Positions 29,483 through 38,690 of a stretch of 64,000 bases of DNA are shown here, in pieces. The first letter of the stretch is position 1. Each line of letters opens with the position of its first letter. This DNA is from Myxococcota bacterium. Lineage in GTDB: Bacteria > Myxococcota_A > UBA9160 > JAFDDA01. The notes beneath the pieces are model-generated. The model had not been told where the DNA came from. It saw only the letters and a program-made list of their open reading frames with translations, and searched no databases. The translations under genes were made by a program, and so were the position numbers. The stretch covers positions 3,232,001 through 3,296,000 of the forward strand of contig OZ245817.1 in NCBI GenBank assembly GCA_965228475.1, given 5' to 3'.

Positions 29483-29507
29483 GGCGGGCCAAAGGCCCGC
29501 CCCGTTT
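29483..29507 (+). terminator. Putative terminator hairpin
   Basis: GGCGGGCC-AAA-GGCCCGCC immediately after the stop; weak T tract. Confidence 0.45.
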
Positions 29508-29555
29508 CAAATAAAACCGGCTGCACGCTCCGCCCCGCCCCCACCCCACCGAGTA

Positions 29556-29661
29556 GCGCCGGGTGGGAGGGAGGCCTGCCGGACCGTAAACCACGCCCAT
29601 CAGCCCTCGCCGAGACTCCGCCCAAGACGCCGGTCCGGCAGGCCTCCCTCCCACCCGGCGC
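29556..29661. repeat. Long hairpin element, copy 1 (31-bp perfect inverted repeat, 44-nt loop)
   Basis: Arms 29556-29586 and 29631-29661 are exact reverse complements. The loop is related to that of copy 2. Confidence 0.9.
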
Positions 29662-29668
29662 GGAGCCC

Positions 29669-29707
29669 AAAAAGAGAAAGGGCCGCGCACCCAACGGTAC
29701 GCGGCCC
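29669..29707 (-). terminator. Intrinsic terminator of the minus-strand gene
   Basis: On the minus strand, GGGCCGCGTACC-GTTG-GGTGCGCGGCCC followed by TTTCTCTTTTT. Confidence 0.65.
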
Positions 29708-29734
29708 ATCAAACCAAGAGAGCGAGCAGCCCGT

Positions 29735-30232
29735 TCAGCCCTCCTCGCTCGGCTCCTTCACGATGATCTCCCCTTCGATCCGCGCGCGCGAACCGGCGCC
29801 GCTCTGGCCGGGGTCGGGCCGCACGACCTTGTAGCGATAGCGGCCGGGCTTGAGCTGGCAGAAGCTCGCGAACTCGCCGGCGTGGATCGGCGCGGAGCGC
29901 AGCTCGTCCTCCTTGATCGAGAAGTTCACCAGGCTGTGGCAGATCATGTCGCGGGCGACTTCCCGCTCGAAGACGATCACCGAGGGCTGCGGCGCGTAGC
30001 TGACCCAGGCCACGAGCTGGCCCTTCTCGAGCACCACGCGGTCCGGGCGCAGGGCCTGGTCCGTGATGAGGACGACCTTGTGGCTCTCCATCCGGTAGCT
30101 CGGGTCGAGCGCGGGGACCTCACCCGGCGTGTCGTAGGGGACCTCGGACGGGCGGGTGTCTTCGGCCGTGGCCGGGAACCCGGCGAGGACCAGGGCGGCC
30201 GCGAGGGCCAGGAAGCGGGTAATGCGGGGCAC
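29735..30232 (-). CDS. Secreted hypothetical protein, cupredoxin-like fold
   Basis: Signal peptide; P..V....G..V.W and PGRYRYKV strand pattern; no clear copper ligands. Confidence 0.5.
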   Translation of the reverse strand: MPRITRFLALAAALVLAGFPATAEDTRPSEVPYDTPGEVPALDPSYRMESHKVVLITDQALRPDRVVLEKGQLVAWVSYAPQPSVIVFEREVARDMICHSLVNFSIKEDELRSAPIHAGEFASFCQLKPGRYRYKVVRPDPGQSGAGSRARIEGEIIVKEPSEEG

Positions 30233-30462
30233 GCAGACTCTCCTTCTTCGACTCTTGTCGCATTCGGTTCGGAGCCGGGTCCGCGCAGATGCTGGCCGGC
30301 CGTGGGCGTTGGACGGCAGTGTATACCAGTTGATTCAAGGGGTTGGCGCCGTTTTCGCCGTCTGGGTTCCGCCCAGGCGGCGCGCCCCCGCGGGCCCGCG
30401 GCCCGGCGGCCCCCTTGGGCTCTAACCCCCCGGAACGCATTTGGTTTTCCGGCCGCGGGCGC

Positions 30463-30491
30463 TTGAAAGCGCCCGGCGCCCGAGCTAGCGT
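30463..30491 (+). promoter_or_regulatory. Putative sigma70-type promoter of etfBA
   Basis: TTGAAA-17 nt-TAGCGT. Confidence 0.5.
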
Positions 30492-30587
30492 ACCCGCGCC
30501 TCGGGCCGAGGCTCCCTGCCTCGGCGCCCCAGGGCTCGATCATTCGCATTACCGCGACCTCCCAGCGGGAAGGAAAGGCTTCCGTCC

Positions 30588-31370
30588 ATGAAGATCCTGG
30601 TCTGCCTGAAGCAGGTTCCGCACTCCGACGCCCGGCTCGACGTCGCCGGCGACGGAAAGTGGATCTCCGAAGACAACATCAAGTTCGAGATCAACACCTA
30701 CGACACGTACGCCCTCGAGGAGGCCTTGAAGCTCAAGGACGCCGGCGAGGCCGAGGTCGTGGTGGTCTCGATCGGTCCGGACCGCGTGACCCAGGCCCTG
30801 CGCACGGCGCTCGGCATGGGCGCGGACCGCGCGATCCACGTGAACGATGCGGCCGTCGAGGGCTCGGACTCGCTCGGCATGGCCAAGGTGCTGGCCGCCG
30901 TCGTGAAGGAAGAGGGCCCGGACCTGGTGTTCGCGGGCCTCATGGCCGACGACGGCAACTTCGCCGCGGTCCCGCCGATGGTCGCCCAGCTGGCGGGTCT
31001 CCCGTCCACGACGGCCGCGATGTCGGTCTCGCTGGCGGACGGCACGGTCACGGTGGAGCGCGAGCTCGAGGGCGGCGCCCTCGAGGTCGTCCAGCTTCCG
31101 ACGCCCTGCCTCGTCGCGGTGCAGTCGGGCCTGAACCAGGTCCGCTACGCCTCGCTCAAGGGGATCATGGCCGCCAAGAAGAAGCCGGTGGACGTGAAGA
31201 CGGCCGCCGACCTCGGCGTCGGCGACGCGGTCGGCGCGGGTGCCGCGAAGATCGAAATCGAGAAGGTGTACGTGCCGCCCAAGGGTGAAGGCGCGGAGCT
31301 CGTCGAAGGCTCCGCGGATGAGGTGGCGCAGAAGCTCGTCGGCAAGATCAAGGAGCTCGGGCTTCTCTAG
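30588..31370 (+). CDS. etfB: Electron transfer flavoprotein beta subunit
   Basis: ILVCLKQVP, ALEEALKLK, ALGMGAD, RYASLKGIMAAKKK. Confidence 0.95.
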   Translation: MKILVCLKQVPHSDARLDVAGDGKWISEDNIKFEINTYDTYALEEALKLKDAGEAEVVVVSIGPDRVTQALRTALGMGADRAIHVNDAAVEGSDSLGMAKVLAAVVKEEGPDLVFAGLMADDGNFAAVPPMVAQLAGLPSTTAAMSVSLADGTVTVERELEGGALEVVQLPTPCLVAVQSGLNQVRYASLKGIMAAKKKPVDVKTAADLGVGDAVGAGAAKIEIEKVYVPPKGEGAELVEGSADEVAQKLVGKIKELGLL

Positions 31371-31395
31371 CCCCGAGCACAGAAAGGAAACACCG

Positions 31396-32355
31396 ATGGG
31401 CACCATCCTCATCGTTACGGAAATCCAGAAGGGCGCGATCCGCGAGGCGAGCTACGAGCTCGCGAGCTTCGCGCAGAAGCTCGGCGGCGACGTGAAGAGC
31501 CTGGTCCTCGGCAAGGACGTGAAGGGCCTGGCCGAGGGCTTCGCGAGCAAGGGCGGCGGCGAGGTCCACGTGGCCGAAGCCGACGCGCTGGCCGACTACA
31601 ACGCCGACGCGTACACCCAGGCCGTCCAGGCCGCGGTCTCCGCCACCGGCGCGGACCTCGTGCTGATCTCGAACACGCCGAGCGGCTGGGACTTCGCGCC
31701 CCGCGTGGCCGCGGCCCTCGACGCCGCGTTCGTCACGGACGCCTTCGACGTCGAGGACGACGGCGGCCAGCCGGCGTTCCTGCGCCGCGTGTTCAACGGC
31801 AAGCTCGACGCCCGCGTGAAGACGTCCGGCGGCGTGGTCGTGGCGACCATGCAGCCCGGCGCGACGGCGGCCTTCGAGGGCTCGACCGACGGCTCGGTGA
31901 AGGAGCTCGACCCGGGCCTCGGCGAGATCAAGACGAAGTTCGTCGAGATCAAGACCGCCGAAGCCAAGGGCGTGGACCTCACCAAGGCGAGCGTGATCGT
32001 CTCGGGCGGCCGCGGCCTCGGCGCCCCGGAGAAGTTCCCGGAGATCGTGCAGCCCCTCGCCGACGCCCTCGGCGGCGCGATGGGTGCCTCCCGCCCGGTG
32101 GTCGACGCCGGCTGGCTCCCGCACGAGTACCAGGTCGGCTCCTCGGGCCAGGTGGTTACGCCGAAGCTCTACATCGCGGTCGGCATCTCGGGTGCGATCC
32201 AGCACCTCGTCGGCATGAAGGGTTCGAACTTCATCATCGCGATCAACAAGGATCCGGATGCACCGATCTTCGAGGTCGCGGACCTCGGGGTCGTCGCCGA
32301 CCTGTTCGAGATCGTGCCGGCGCTGACCTCGGCGGTGGCCGCCGCCAAGGGCTGA
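31396..32355 (+). CDS. etfA: Electron transfer flavoprotein alpha subunit
   Basis: [35 protein letters not shown]. Confidence 0.95.
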   Translation: MGTILIVTEIQKGAIREASYELASFAQKLGGDVKSLVLGKDVKGLAEGFASKGGGEVHVAEADALADYNADAYTQAVQAAVSATGADLVLISNTPSGWDFAPRVAAALDAAFVTDAFDVEDDGGQPAFLRRVFNGKLDARVKTSGGVVVATMQPGATAAFEGSTDGSVKELDPGLGEIKTKFVEIKTAEAKGVDLTKASVIVSGGRGLGAPEKFPEIVQPLADALGGAMGASRPVVDAGWLPHEYQVGSSGQVVTPKLYIAVGISGAIQHLVGMKGSNFIIAINKDPDAPIFEVADLGVVADLFEIVPALTSAVAAAKG

Positions 32356-32385
32356 ACGCCCGGACCCGAGGCTGAACGCCCGGAC
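32350..32385. repeat. 16-bp direct repeat (period 20) spanning the etfA stop
   Basis: GGCTGAACGCCCGGAC at 32350-32365 and 32370-32385. Confidence 0.8.
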
Positions 32386-32445
32386 AGAAGGCGAACCCGG
32401 TTCCCTCGACGGGGAAACGAAACGGGTTTCGCTTTCGCAACCTCG

Positions 32446-32480
32446 ACGGGGCGCTGCGTTGGACGCAGCGCCCCGTTTCG
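32446..32480 (+). terminator. Intrinsic terminator after etfA
   Basis: ACGGGGCGCTGCGT-TGG-ACGCAGCGCCCCGT followed by TTCG. Confidence 0.6.
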
Positions 32481-32726
32481 TTGCGCACTCGACGCCAGAT
32501 CGCCGTTGACCGGCGCCCGGCCTTGCGACAACTTCAAGCGAGTGAGAGGTCGTCCGCAGGTCGTACCGGAACCCCCTCCCGGTCCTTGTGCATCGTTTCC
32601 TTGAGATTCGTTCGACGCGCTCGTTCTTGAACTCACGCTGTCTCCGCCGTGCATCGGACGCCCTCTCGGCGCCGAAGCACGCCACGTCGGGCGGAAGAAC
32701 CGCTCGGCAGTTCGAAAGGAATCGTC

Positions 32727-33623
32727 ATTCCCCGCCGGATCGCGTTCATCAATGAAAAAGGGGGAAGCGCCAAGACGACGCTGGTGGCGAACCTCGGCGC
32801 GTACCTCGCGCGCTCGCGCGGACGGCGCGTGCTGGCCATCGACATGGACCCCCAGGGCCAGCTCGGCAAGGTGTTCGGCATCGACGTGCGGCGAACGACC
32901 CGCTCCTCGATCGACCTGCTGCTCGACAGCCTGCTCGACGACGCTTCGCTCGACGTGCCGGGGCCGCGGCCCGGGACCGGGGGCACCGAGCCGCCCGGGC
33001 TGCCGATCGTCGCGACGCGCATCCCGAACCTCGACCTGATCGTTGCGAACAAGGCGCTGTCGCTCTTCCCCTCCTGGGACGGCGGCGACGGCGACGCCAC
33101 GAACCGTCTCCGCGCGACCCTGCGCGCCTTCGCCGGCCTCGACGCCTACGACTTCGTGCTCTTCGACGCGCCGCCCTCCTTCGGCCCGCTCACGCTGAAC
33201 GTGCTGCGCGCCGCCGACGAGCTCGTCGTTCCCGTCCCGCTGACCTTCCTCGCCCTCGACGGCTGCGCGGAGCTCACGCGCAGCGTCTCGATGGTGCGCG
33301 CCCGCTACGGCCACCGGAGCCTGCGCATCTCGATGGTGATCCCCACGTTCTACCGGCGCACGCGCATGGCCCACGAAGTGCTCGAACAGCTGAAGCGCCG
33401 CTTCCCGAAGGAGCTCGCACAGACCGTCGTCGGCTACCACGTGAAGATCGACGAGGCGCAGTCCCGCGGGCTCTCGATCTTCGAGTACGCCCCGAACACG
33501 CGCGGTGCGCGCGCCATGGCGGCGCTCGCCGAAGAGCTCGAGAGCCGCGCGGTCGACTCGGAAGCAAGAACGCTCGAAGGAGCCGGCGCCGTCCCGCCGA
33601 CGACCGGCCGGAGCGCATCGTGA
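32727..33623 (+). CDS. ParA/Soj-family ATPase; proposed ATT start (alternative GTG 32649)
   Basis: [47 protein letters not shown] upstream of ATT. Confidence 0.85.
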   Translation: MPRRIAFINEKGGSAKTTLVANLGAYLARSRGRRVLAIDMDPQGQLGKVFGIDVRRTTRSSIDLLLDSLLDDASLDVPGPRPGTGGTEPPGLPIVATRIPNLDLIVANKALSLFPSWDGGDGDATNRLRATLRAFAGLDAYDFVLFDAPPSFGPLTLNVLRAADELVVPVPLTFLALDGCAELTRSVSMVRARYGHRSLRISMVIPTFYRRTRMAHEVLEQLKRRFPKELAQTVVGYHVKIDEAQSRGLSIFEYAPNTRGARAMAALAEELESRAVDSEARTLEGAGAVPPTTGRSAS

Positions 33624-34810
33624 GCACGCCGAACCAGCCCGACGTGCTGTGGCTCGACGGCATGCCCGACGAGGCCGTCGTGCTTCCCTCCGGAGAGCCG
33701 CGCCGCGCCCTCGGGCGTGATCCCTTCGACGAGCCCGAGGGCCCGGACGCCTTCGAGAGCGCGCTCCGCGCACGCAGCGGGGCGCCGGCCGAGGCGCGCG
33801 GACCGGAGACTCCCGTGCCCGCCCCCGAGCCCGCGGCACTCGACGCCCCCGAGCCCGATGCGCCCGACGTCACCGAATCCGACGCGCTCGACGCACGGGA
33901 GGACGACCTCACCCGCGGACGGCGGCGCAGAGGCTACTGCCGGACGCCCCGGGTCGACGAAGTCGAACTCACCGCACCCGAGAGCCTCGCCGAACGCATG
34001 CTCTCCGAGGACGTCCGCCGGCGCCTCGGCGCGCTCACCCATCTCGTCGAGGGCGGCGCGCCCTACGACCGCTACGGCTTCTCCCCCGCCGCCGCCCAGA
34101 CGGCCTTCCCGTTCTTCCTCGCGCTCTATCGCCACTACTTCCGCGTCGAGAGCCGCGGCCACGAGAACATCCCCACCGAGGGCCCGGCCGTGCTCGCCGC
34201 GAACCACGGAGGCCTCCTGCCCTTCGACGGCGCGATGACCGTGGTCGACACCCTGCTGAACAGCGACCCGCCGCGCCTGCCGCGCGCGGTCGTCGACCGC
34301 TGGGCCGGCGCCCTCCCCTTCGTGAACGTCTTCTTCGCCCGGGTCGGCCAGGTGATCGGCACGCGCGAGAACGTGAACGACCTGCTCGACGACGGGCAGC
34401 TCCTGCTCGTCTTCCCCGAAGGCATGTCGGGCGTGCGCAAGCGCATCACCCAGCGCTACCGCGTGCAGCGCTTCTACAAGGGCTTCGTCGAGGCTGCTCT
34501 GCGCGCCGACGCCCCGATCGTCCCCATGGCGATCGTCGGCAGCGACGACCAGGCGCCGATCCTCTACGACTTCCAGGGGCTCGCCAAAGCCCTCGGCCTG
34601 CCCTCCTTCCCGATCACGCCGACCTTCCCGTGGCTCGGCCCGGCGGGGCTCCTGCCCTACCCGGTGCGCTACGAGATCGTCTACGGCGAGCCGCTCGCCT
34701 TCCACGAACGCTTCGGCCCCGAGGGCGCGGAGGACCCGCAGCTCGTCCGCTACCTCGCGAACCAGGTGCGGCGCGAGGTCCAGCGGCTCCTGGACCGTAA
34801 CCGGCGATGA
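33620..34810 (+). CDS. Lysophospholipid acyltransferase with acidic/Pro-rich N-terminal extension
   Basis: [23 protein letters not shown] overlap with the parA-like gene. Confidence 0.88.
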   Translation: MSTPNQPDVLWLDGMPDEAVVLPSGEPRRALGRDPFDEPEGPDAFESALRARSGAPAEARGPETPVPAPEPAALDAPEPDAPDVTESDALDAREDDLTRGRRRRGYCRTPRVDEVELTAPESLAERMLSEDVRRRLGALTHLVEGGAPYDRYGFSPAAAQTAFPFFLALYRHYFRVESRGHENIPTEGPAVLAANHGGLLPFDGAMTVVDTLLNSDPPRLPRAVVDRWAGALPFVNVFFARVGQVIGTRENVNDLLDDGQLLLVFPEGMSGVRKRITQRYRVQRFYKGFVEAALRADAPIVPMAIVGSDDQAPILYDFQGLAKALGLPSFPITPTFPWLGPAGLLPYPVRYEIVYGEPLAFHERFGPEGAEDPQLVRYLANQVRREVQRLLDRNRR

Positions 34811-34820
34811 GGGAGCGGCG

Positions 34821-35837
34821 ATGAGCCCGCGCCGCGTCCTCGTGACCCACGCGGACGAGCCGATCGGCCGCCGGGTCGTGAAGCAGCTCCTCCACGACCC
34901 GGAGGTGGCGACGGTCCTCGGCATCGGGGACGGACAGGCGCCCCGGGCCTTCGACCGCTTCATCGCCGAGACCCCGAGCCGCTTCGCCTACGCGCGGGTC
35001 GATCTCGCACGACACCGCTCGGCGACGGACTTCTTCCACTCGAGCCGCTTCAGGGAGATCGGCGTCGACGCGGTCGTCCACGTCCCGGGCCACGCGGCGC
35101 GCGAAGCGGGCCCGCCCGTGGTGGCCGGGCTCCCGGTGCGGACCGCCGAAGCGCGCATGGTGCTTCAGCACGCCCTCGCGACGCCCTCGGTCGAGAGCCT
35201 GCTCGCGCTGGGAAGCGCCTTCGTCTACCGGATGGCACCCGGCAACGCGAACCGACTCGAGGAAACGAGCGAACTCAACCTCGACCCGGATCTCTCCCCC
35301 GAGCTCCGCTCCTGGATCGACTGCGACATGATCTTCCACGGCGAGATCGGCAGCGACCGCCTGCGCGTCGCCCTCCTCCGGGTGCCGACGGTCGTCGCCT
35401 CGGGCGGGTACGTGTATTGGAACCCGTGGCTCTCGGGCCCGCCGGGCCCGCGGCCGCGGCCCCTCGGCTTCGACCCGATGTGTCCGCTGCTCTGCGACAA
35501 GGACGTCGCGAAGGCCATCCAGAGCGCCCTCCACAGCCAGGCGTCCGGGGTCTACAACGTCGCGGGGCGCGAATCCGTCCCGCTCTCGGTGCTCGGCCAA
35601 TGGACGGGCCGCCCCGGCGTTCCGCTGCCGGGGCCGACGCTCGGCTGGCTCGCCGGCGCCGCGCGGCTGCTCGGCGGCAAGGCCTTCCCGGCCGGGCTCG
35701 ACGGCGCGGAGCTGCGCTACGGCTTCTCCCTCGACACGCGCCGCATCGAGCGCGAGCTCGGCTTCCGGCCGCGCTACCACGTCGGCCTCGCCCAGGCCGG
35801 CGACGGGCGCCGGCGGCTCGAGACCTCCCCGGCCTGA
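34821..35837 (+). CDS. Extended SDR/epimerase-like protein with degenerate NAD-binding motif
   Basis: VLVTHADEPIG replaces TGxxGxxG; GFDP and GVYNVAG are shared with the 26371-27288 paralog. Confidence 0.75.
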   Translation: MSPRRVLVTHADEPIGRRVVKQLLHDPEVATVLGIGDGQAPRAFDRFIAETPSRFAYARVDLARHRSATDFFHSSRFREIGVDAVVHVPGHAAREAGPPVVAGLPVRTAEARMVLQHALATPSVESLLALGSAFVYRMAPGNANRLEETSELNLDPDLSPELRSWIDCDMIFHGEIGSDRLRVALLRVPTVVASGGYVYWNPWLSGPPGPRPRPLGFDPMCPLLCDKDVAKAIQSALHSQASGVYNVAGRESVPLSVLGQWTGRPGVPLPGPTLGWLAGAARLLGGKAFPAGLDGAELRYGFSLDTRRIERELGFRPRYHVGLAQAGDGRRRLETSPA

Positions 35838-35937
35838 GCGCGGCGGCCTCGCCCGGCCGCGAAGGGCTCGCTATCCTGCGCGCTTCCCGAGGCCCGGCCG
35901 TCGCGGCCTCGTCCCCGAAAGCTCCGAGGTACCGAAC

Positions 35938-36504
35938 GTGGCGGTCGACACGTCCCAGTTCAAGAACGGTCTGCGCATCGAACTCGATGGCCAGCCCTTC
36001 ACCATCACCTACTTCCAGCACGTGAAGCCCGGCAAGGGCGGCGCCTTCGTCCGCACGAAGGTGAAGAACCTGCTGAACGGCAAGGTGCTCGACAAGACCT
36101 TCCGCGCCGGCGAGAAGGTCGACGAAGCCGACGTCGAGGACCGCAAGATGCAGTACCTCTACCAGGACGGCGAGAACCTCGTGTTCATGGACAACACGAG
36201 CTACGACCAGATTCCGATCCCCGCCGAGCAGGTGGGCGACGACGTGAAGTTCCTCAAGGAGAACGACGACGTCGACGTGCTCTTCTGGCGCGGGAAGCCC
36301 ACCAACGTGACGCTCCCGGCCTTCATCCAGGCGGTCATCACCCAGTGCGACCCGGGCCTGAAGGGCGACACGGCCAGCAACACGACCAAGCCGGCCACGA
36401 TCGAGACCGGCGCGGTGGTCCAGGTCCCGCTCTTCATCAAGGAAGGCGAGACCATCCGGGTCGACACCCGCACGCGGGCGTACGTGGAGCGCGTGGCGAG
36501 CTGA
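35938..36504 (+). CDS. efp: Elongation factor P
   Basis: HVKPGKGGAFVR, PGLKGDTA, VQVPLFI. Confidence 0.97.
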   Translation: MAVDTSQFKNGLRIELDGQPFTITYFQHVKPGKGGAFVRTKVKNLLNGKVLDKTFRAGEKVDEADVEDRKMQYLYQDGENLVFMDNTSYDQIPIPAEQVGDDVKFLKENDDVDVLFWRGKPTNVTLPAFIQAVITQCDPGLKGDTASNTTKPATIETGAVVQVPLFIKEGETIRVDTRTRAYVERVAS

Positions 36505-36575
36505 AGTGGAGATCGTGTCGCTTTCGTGACACGCACCGGTGCGCCGCGGCCACTCCCTCCAGGAGGTTCCGCCCG

Positions 36576-37550
36576 TTGCGCCGATTTCGCCGACTTCGAC
36601 TCCTGCTGACGTTTTGCCTGTTGTTTGCCTCTCCGGCCCTCGCCCGGGCCGGGAGCTTCACGGCCATGACCTACAACGTGGCCGGCCTCCCCACGCTTTT
36701 CGGCGGCGAGGGTGAGCTCAACAACATCCACGTCAGCCCGCTCCTGAACGGCTACGACATGGTCCTCATCCAGGAGGACTTCCTCTTCCACGACGATCTC
36801 ACGAGCGCGATCGACTACCCCTACGTCACGCCCAAGGACACGAGCGGCGTCATCGAATCCGGCGACGGCCTGATCCGGATGACCGAACACCCCTTCTCCG
36901 AGTTCCAGCGCGTGACCTGGGTCGAGTGCTTCGGCTTCACCACCAACGCGAGCGACTGCCTGACCCCCAAGGGTTTCTCCGTGGCGCGCCACGAGATCGA
37001 GCCCGGCGTCTTCCTCGACGTCTACAACCTCCACGCGGAAGCGGGCGGCGCCCAGGAGGACATCGACGCCCGGGTGGCCGGCCTGCGCCAGCTCGTCGAT
37101 TTCGCCGAGGTCTTCTCGGACGGCAACGCGATCGTGATGGGCGGCGACTGGAACAGCCGCTTCACCGACCCGACCGACATCCTGCCCGAGGTGATGGCCG
37201 ACCTCGGCCTCTCGGACGCCTGGGTCGAGTTCGTGCTCGGCGGGACGCTCCCGCCGCTCGGGCCGCGCATCGACGACTGCGTCGCCGACGGCTACTCGGG
37301 AGCCGACTGCGAGATCATCGACAAGTTCTTCTACCGCAGCAGCGCGGACCTCGAGCTCTCCGTCCTCGACTACGACGTGCCCCGCGACGCGTTCAGCGAC
37401 GCGAACGGCGTGCCGCTCTCGGACCACGATCCGATCGTCGTGACCTTCGGCTTCGAGGCCGTCCCCGAGCCCGCGCCCCTGGCGCTGCTCGGGCTCGCCG
37501 CCCTGGCCCTGCGCTCCCGCTCGGCCGTTCGCCTCCGCCGCACACGCTAG
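36576..37550 (+). CDS. Endonuclease/exonuclease/phosphatase (EEP) family protein with PEP-CTERM tail
   Basis: AGGAGG then TTG; TYNVAG, IQEDF, YNLH, GDWN, SDHDP; VPEP-TM-basic tail. Confidence 0.85.
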   Translation: MRRFRRLRLLLTFCLLFASPALARAGSFTAMTYNVAGLPTLFGGEGELNNIHVSPLLNGYDMVLIQEDFLFHDDLTSAIDYPYVTPKDTSGVIESGDGLIRMTEHPFSEFQRVTWVECFGFTTNASDCLTPKGFSVARHEIEPGVFLDVYNLHAEAGGAQEDIDARVAGLRQLVDFAEVFSDGNAIVMGGDWNSRFTDPTDILPEVMADLGLSDAWVEFVLGGTLPPLGPRIDDCVADGYSGADCEIIDKFFYRSSADLELSVLDYDVPRDAFSDANGVPLSDHDPIVVTFGFEAVPEPAPLALLGLAALALRSRSAVRLRRTR

Positions 37551-37561
37551 ACTCCACCCCC

Positions 37562-38536
37562 ATGCGGGGGGACCAGCTCGCTCGCCAATGGCGCCTGATC
37601 CAACGCCTCGCCCACAGCCGCGTGGGCGCGACGCCGGACGACCTCGCCGAGGATCTCGGCTGCGTCCGCCGCACGGTCTACCGCGACCTCGACGCGCTCA
37701 TGTTCGCGGGCTTCCCGGTCGTCTCCGAGAAGCGCGACGGCCACGTCTACTACCGCTTCCTCGACAGCTTCGGCATGGGCGACGTGCCCTTCACGCCGGA
37801 CGAGATCCTCGCCCTCGCCTTCGGCGCGGACCTCCTGCGGACCCTCGAAGGCACGGTCTTCCACGACTCCGTGCAGTCGGCGCTCGGGAAGATCCGGGCG
37901 GGGCTCTCCCCGGAGCTCACGCGCTTCCTCGAGCAGCTCGGGGAATCATTCAAGATCCTGCCCGGCCCCCACAAGCGCTACGCCGACTACCGCGAAACCA
38001 TCCAGGTGCTGAACGACGCCGTGCTCGAGCGCGCGAGCGTCCGCATGCGCTACCGCACGGGCCGCACCGGCGAGACCGCCGAGCGCGGCCTCGACCCCTA
38101 CCGGGTCTGGTACCGGAGCGGCGGCCTCTACGTCGTCGGGCACGACCACCGCTCCGGGGAGATCCGCACCTTCGCCGTCGAGCGGATCGAGCGGATCGAG
38201 CCGAGCGGCGAGACGTTCCGCATCCGGGAGGACTTCGACTTCGAGGCCTACGTGGGCCAGGCCTTCGGCGTCATGTCCGAGCCCGCCCAGCGCGTGCGGA
38301 TCCGCTTCACCAAGACCTGGACGCCCCACGTCACCGAGCGCCAGTGGCACCCGAGCCAGAAGCTCGAACCCCTCCCCGACGGCGGCACCGAACTCACCAT
38401 GGAAGTCGGCGGCCTCCTCGAGCTCCAGAGCTGGGTCCTCTCCTTCGGAACCGGCGCCGAGGTCCTAGAACCCAAAACGCTCCGCGACGGCGTCCGCTCG
38501 TCCCTTCAGGAAGCTCTGTCCATCTACGAGACGTGA
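37562..38536 (+). CDS. HTH-WYL-WCX transcriptional regulator (YafY/PafBC/DriD-like)
   Basis: RTVYRDLDAL HTH, LYVVG..RTFAVERI WYL domain, WVLSFG..AEVLEP. Confidence 0.9.
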   Translation: MRGDQLARQWRLIQRLAHSRVGATPDDLAEDLGCVRRTVYRDLDALMFAGFPVVSEKRDGHVYYRFLDSFGMGDVPFTPDEILALAFGADLLRTLEGTVFHDSVQSALGKIRAGLSPELTRFLEQLGESFKILPGPHKRYADYRETIQVLNDAVLERASVRMRYRTGRTGETAERGLDPYRVWYRSGGLYVVGHDHRSGEIRTFAVERIERIEPSGETFRIREDFDFEAYVGQAFGVMSEPAQRVRIRFTKTWTPHVTERQWHPSQKLEPLPDGGTELTMEVGGLLELQSWVLSFGTGAEVLEPKTLRDGVRSSLQEALSIYET

Positions 38537-38545
38537 CAACCATGA

Positions 38546-38649
38546 GGGCGGGGGCAGGACCCCCATCCGGCACCGTAAACCACGCCCAAGAGCCCGCGCC
38601 GAGCCAACGCCCAAAACGCCGGTGCCGGATGGGGGTCCTGCCCCCGCCC
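38546..38649. repeat. Long hairpin element, copy 2 (30-bp perfect inverted repeat, 44-nt loop)
   Basis: Arms 38546-38575 and 38620-38649 are exact reverse complements. Confidence 0.9.
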
Positions 38650-38690
38650 GGCACCAAGCCACGGTCAAAGATCCTCGGAGTCAGCCGCCC

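Noticed and set aside
32388..32640. Riboswitch upstream of the ParA-like gene
   Set aside because: I could not match any riboswitch consensus by eye; an Rfam scan would be needed
38400..38536. A-ending codons at the gene 3' ends next to both long hairpins, read as hairpin-induced mutation
   Set aside because: The same drift occurs at the end of the CoA-transferase gene (about 3365-3390), where there is no such element
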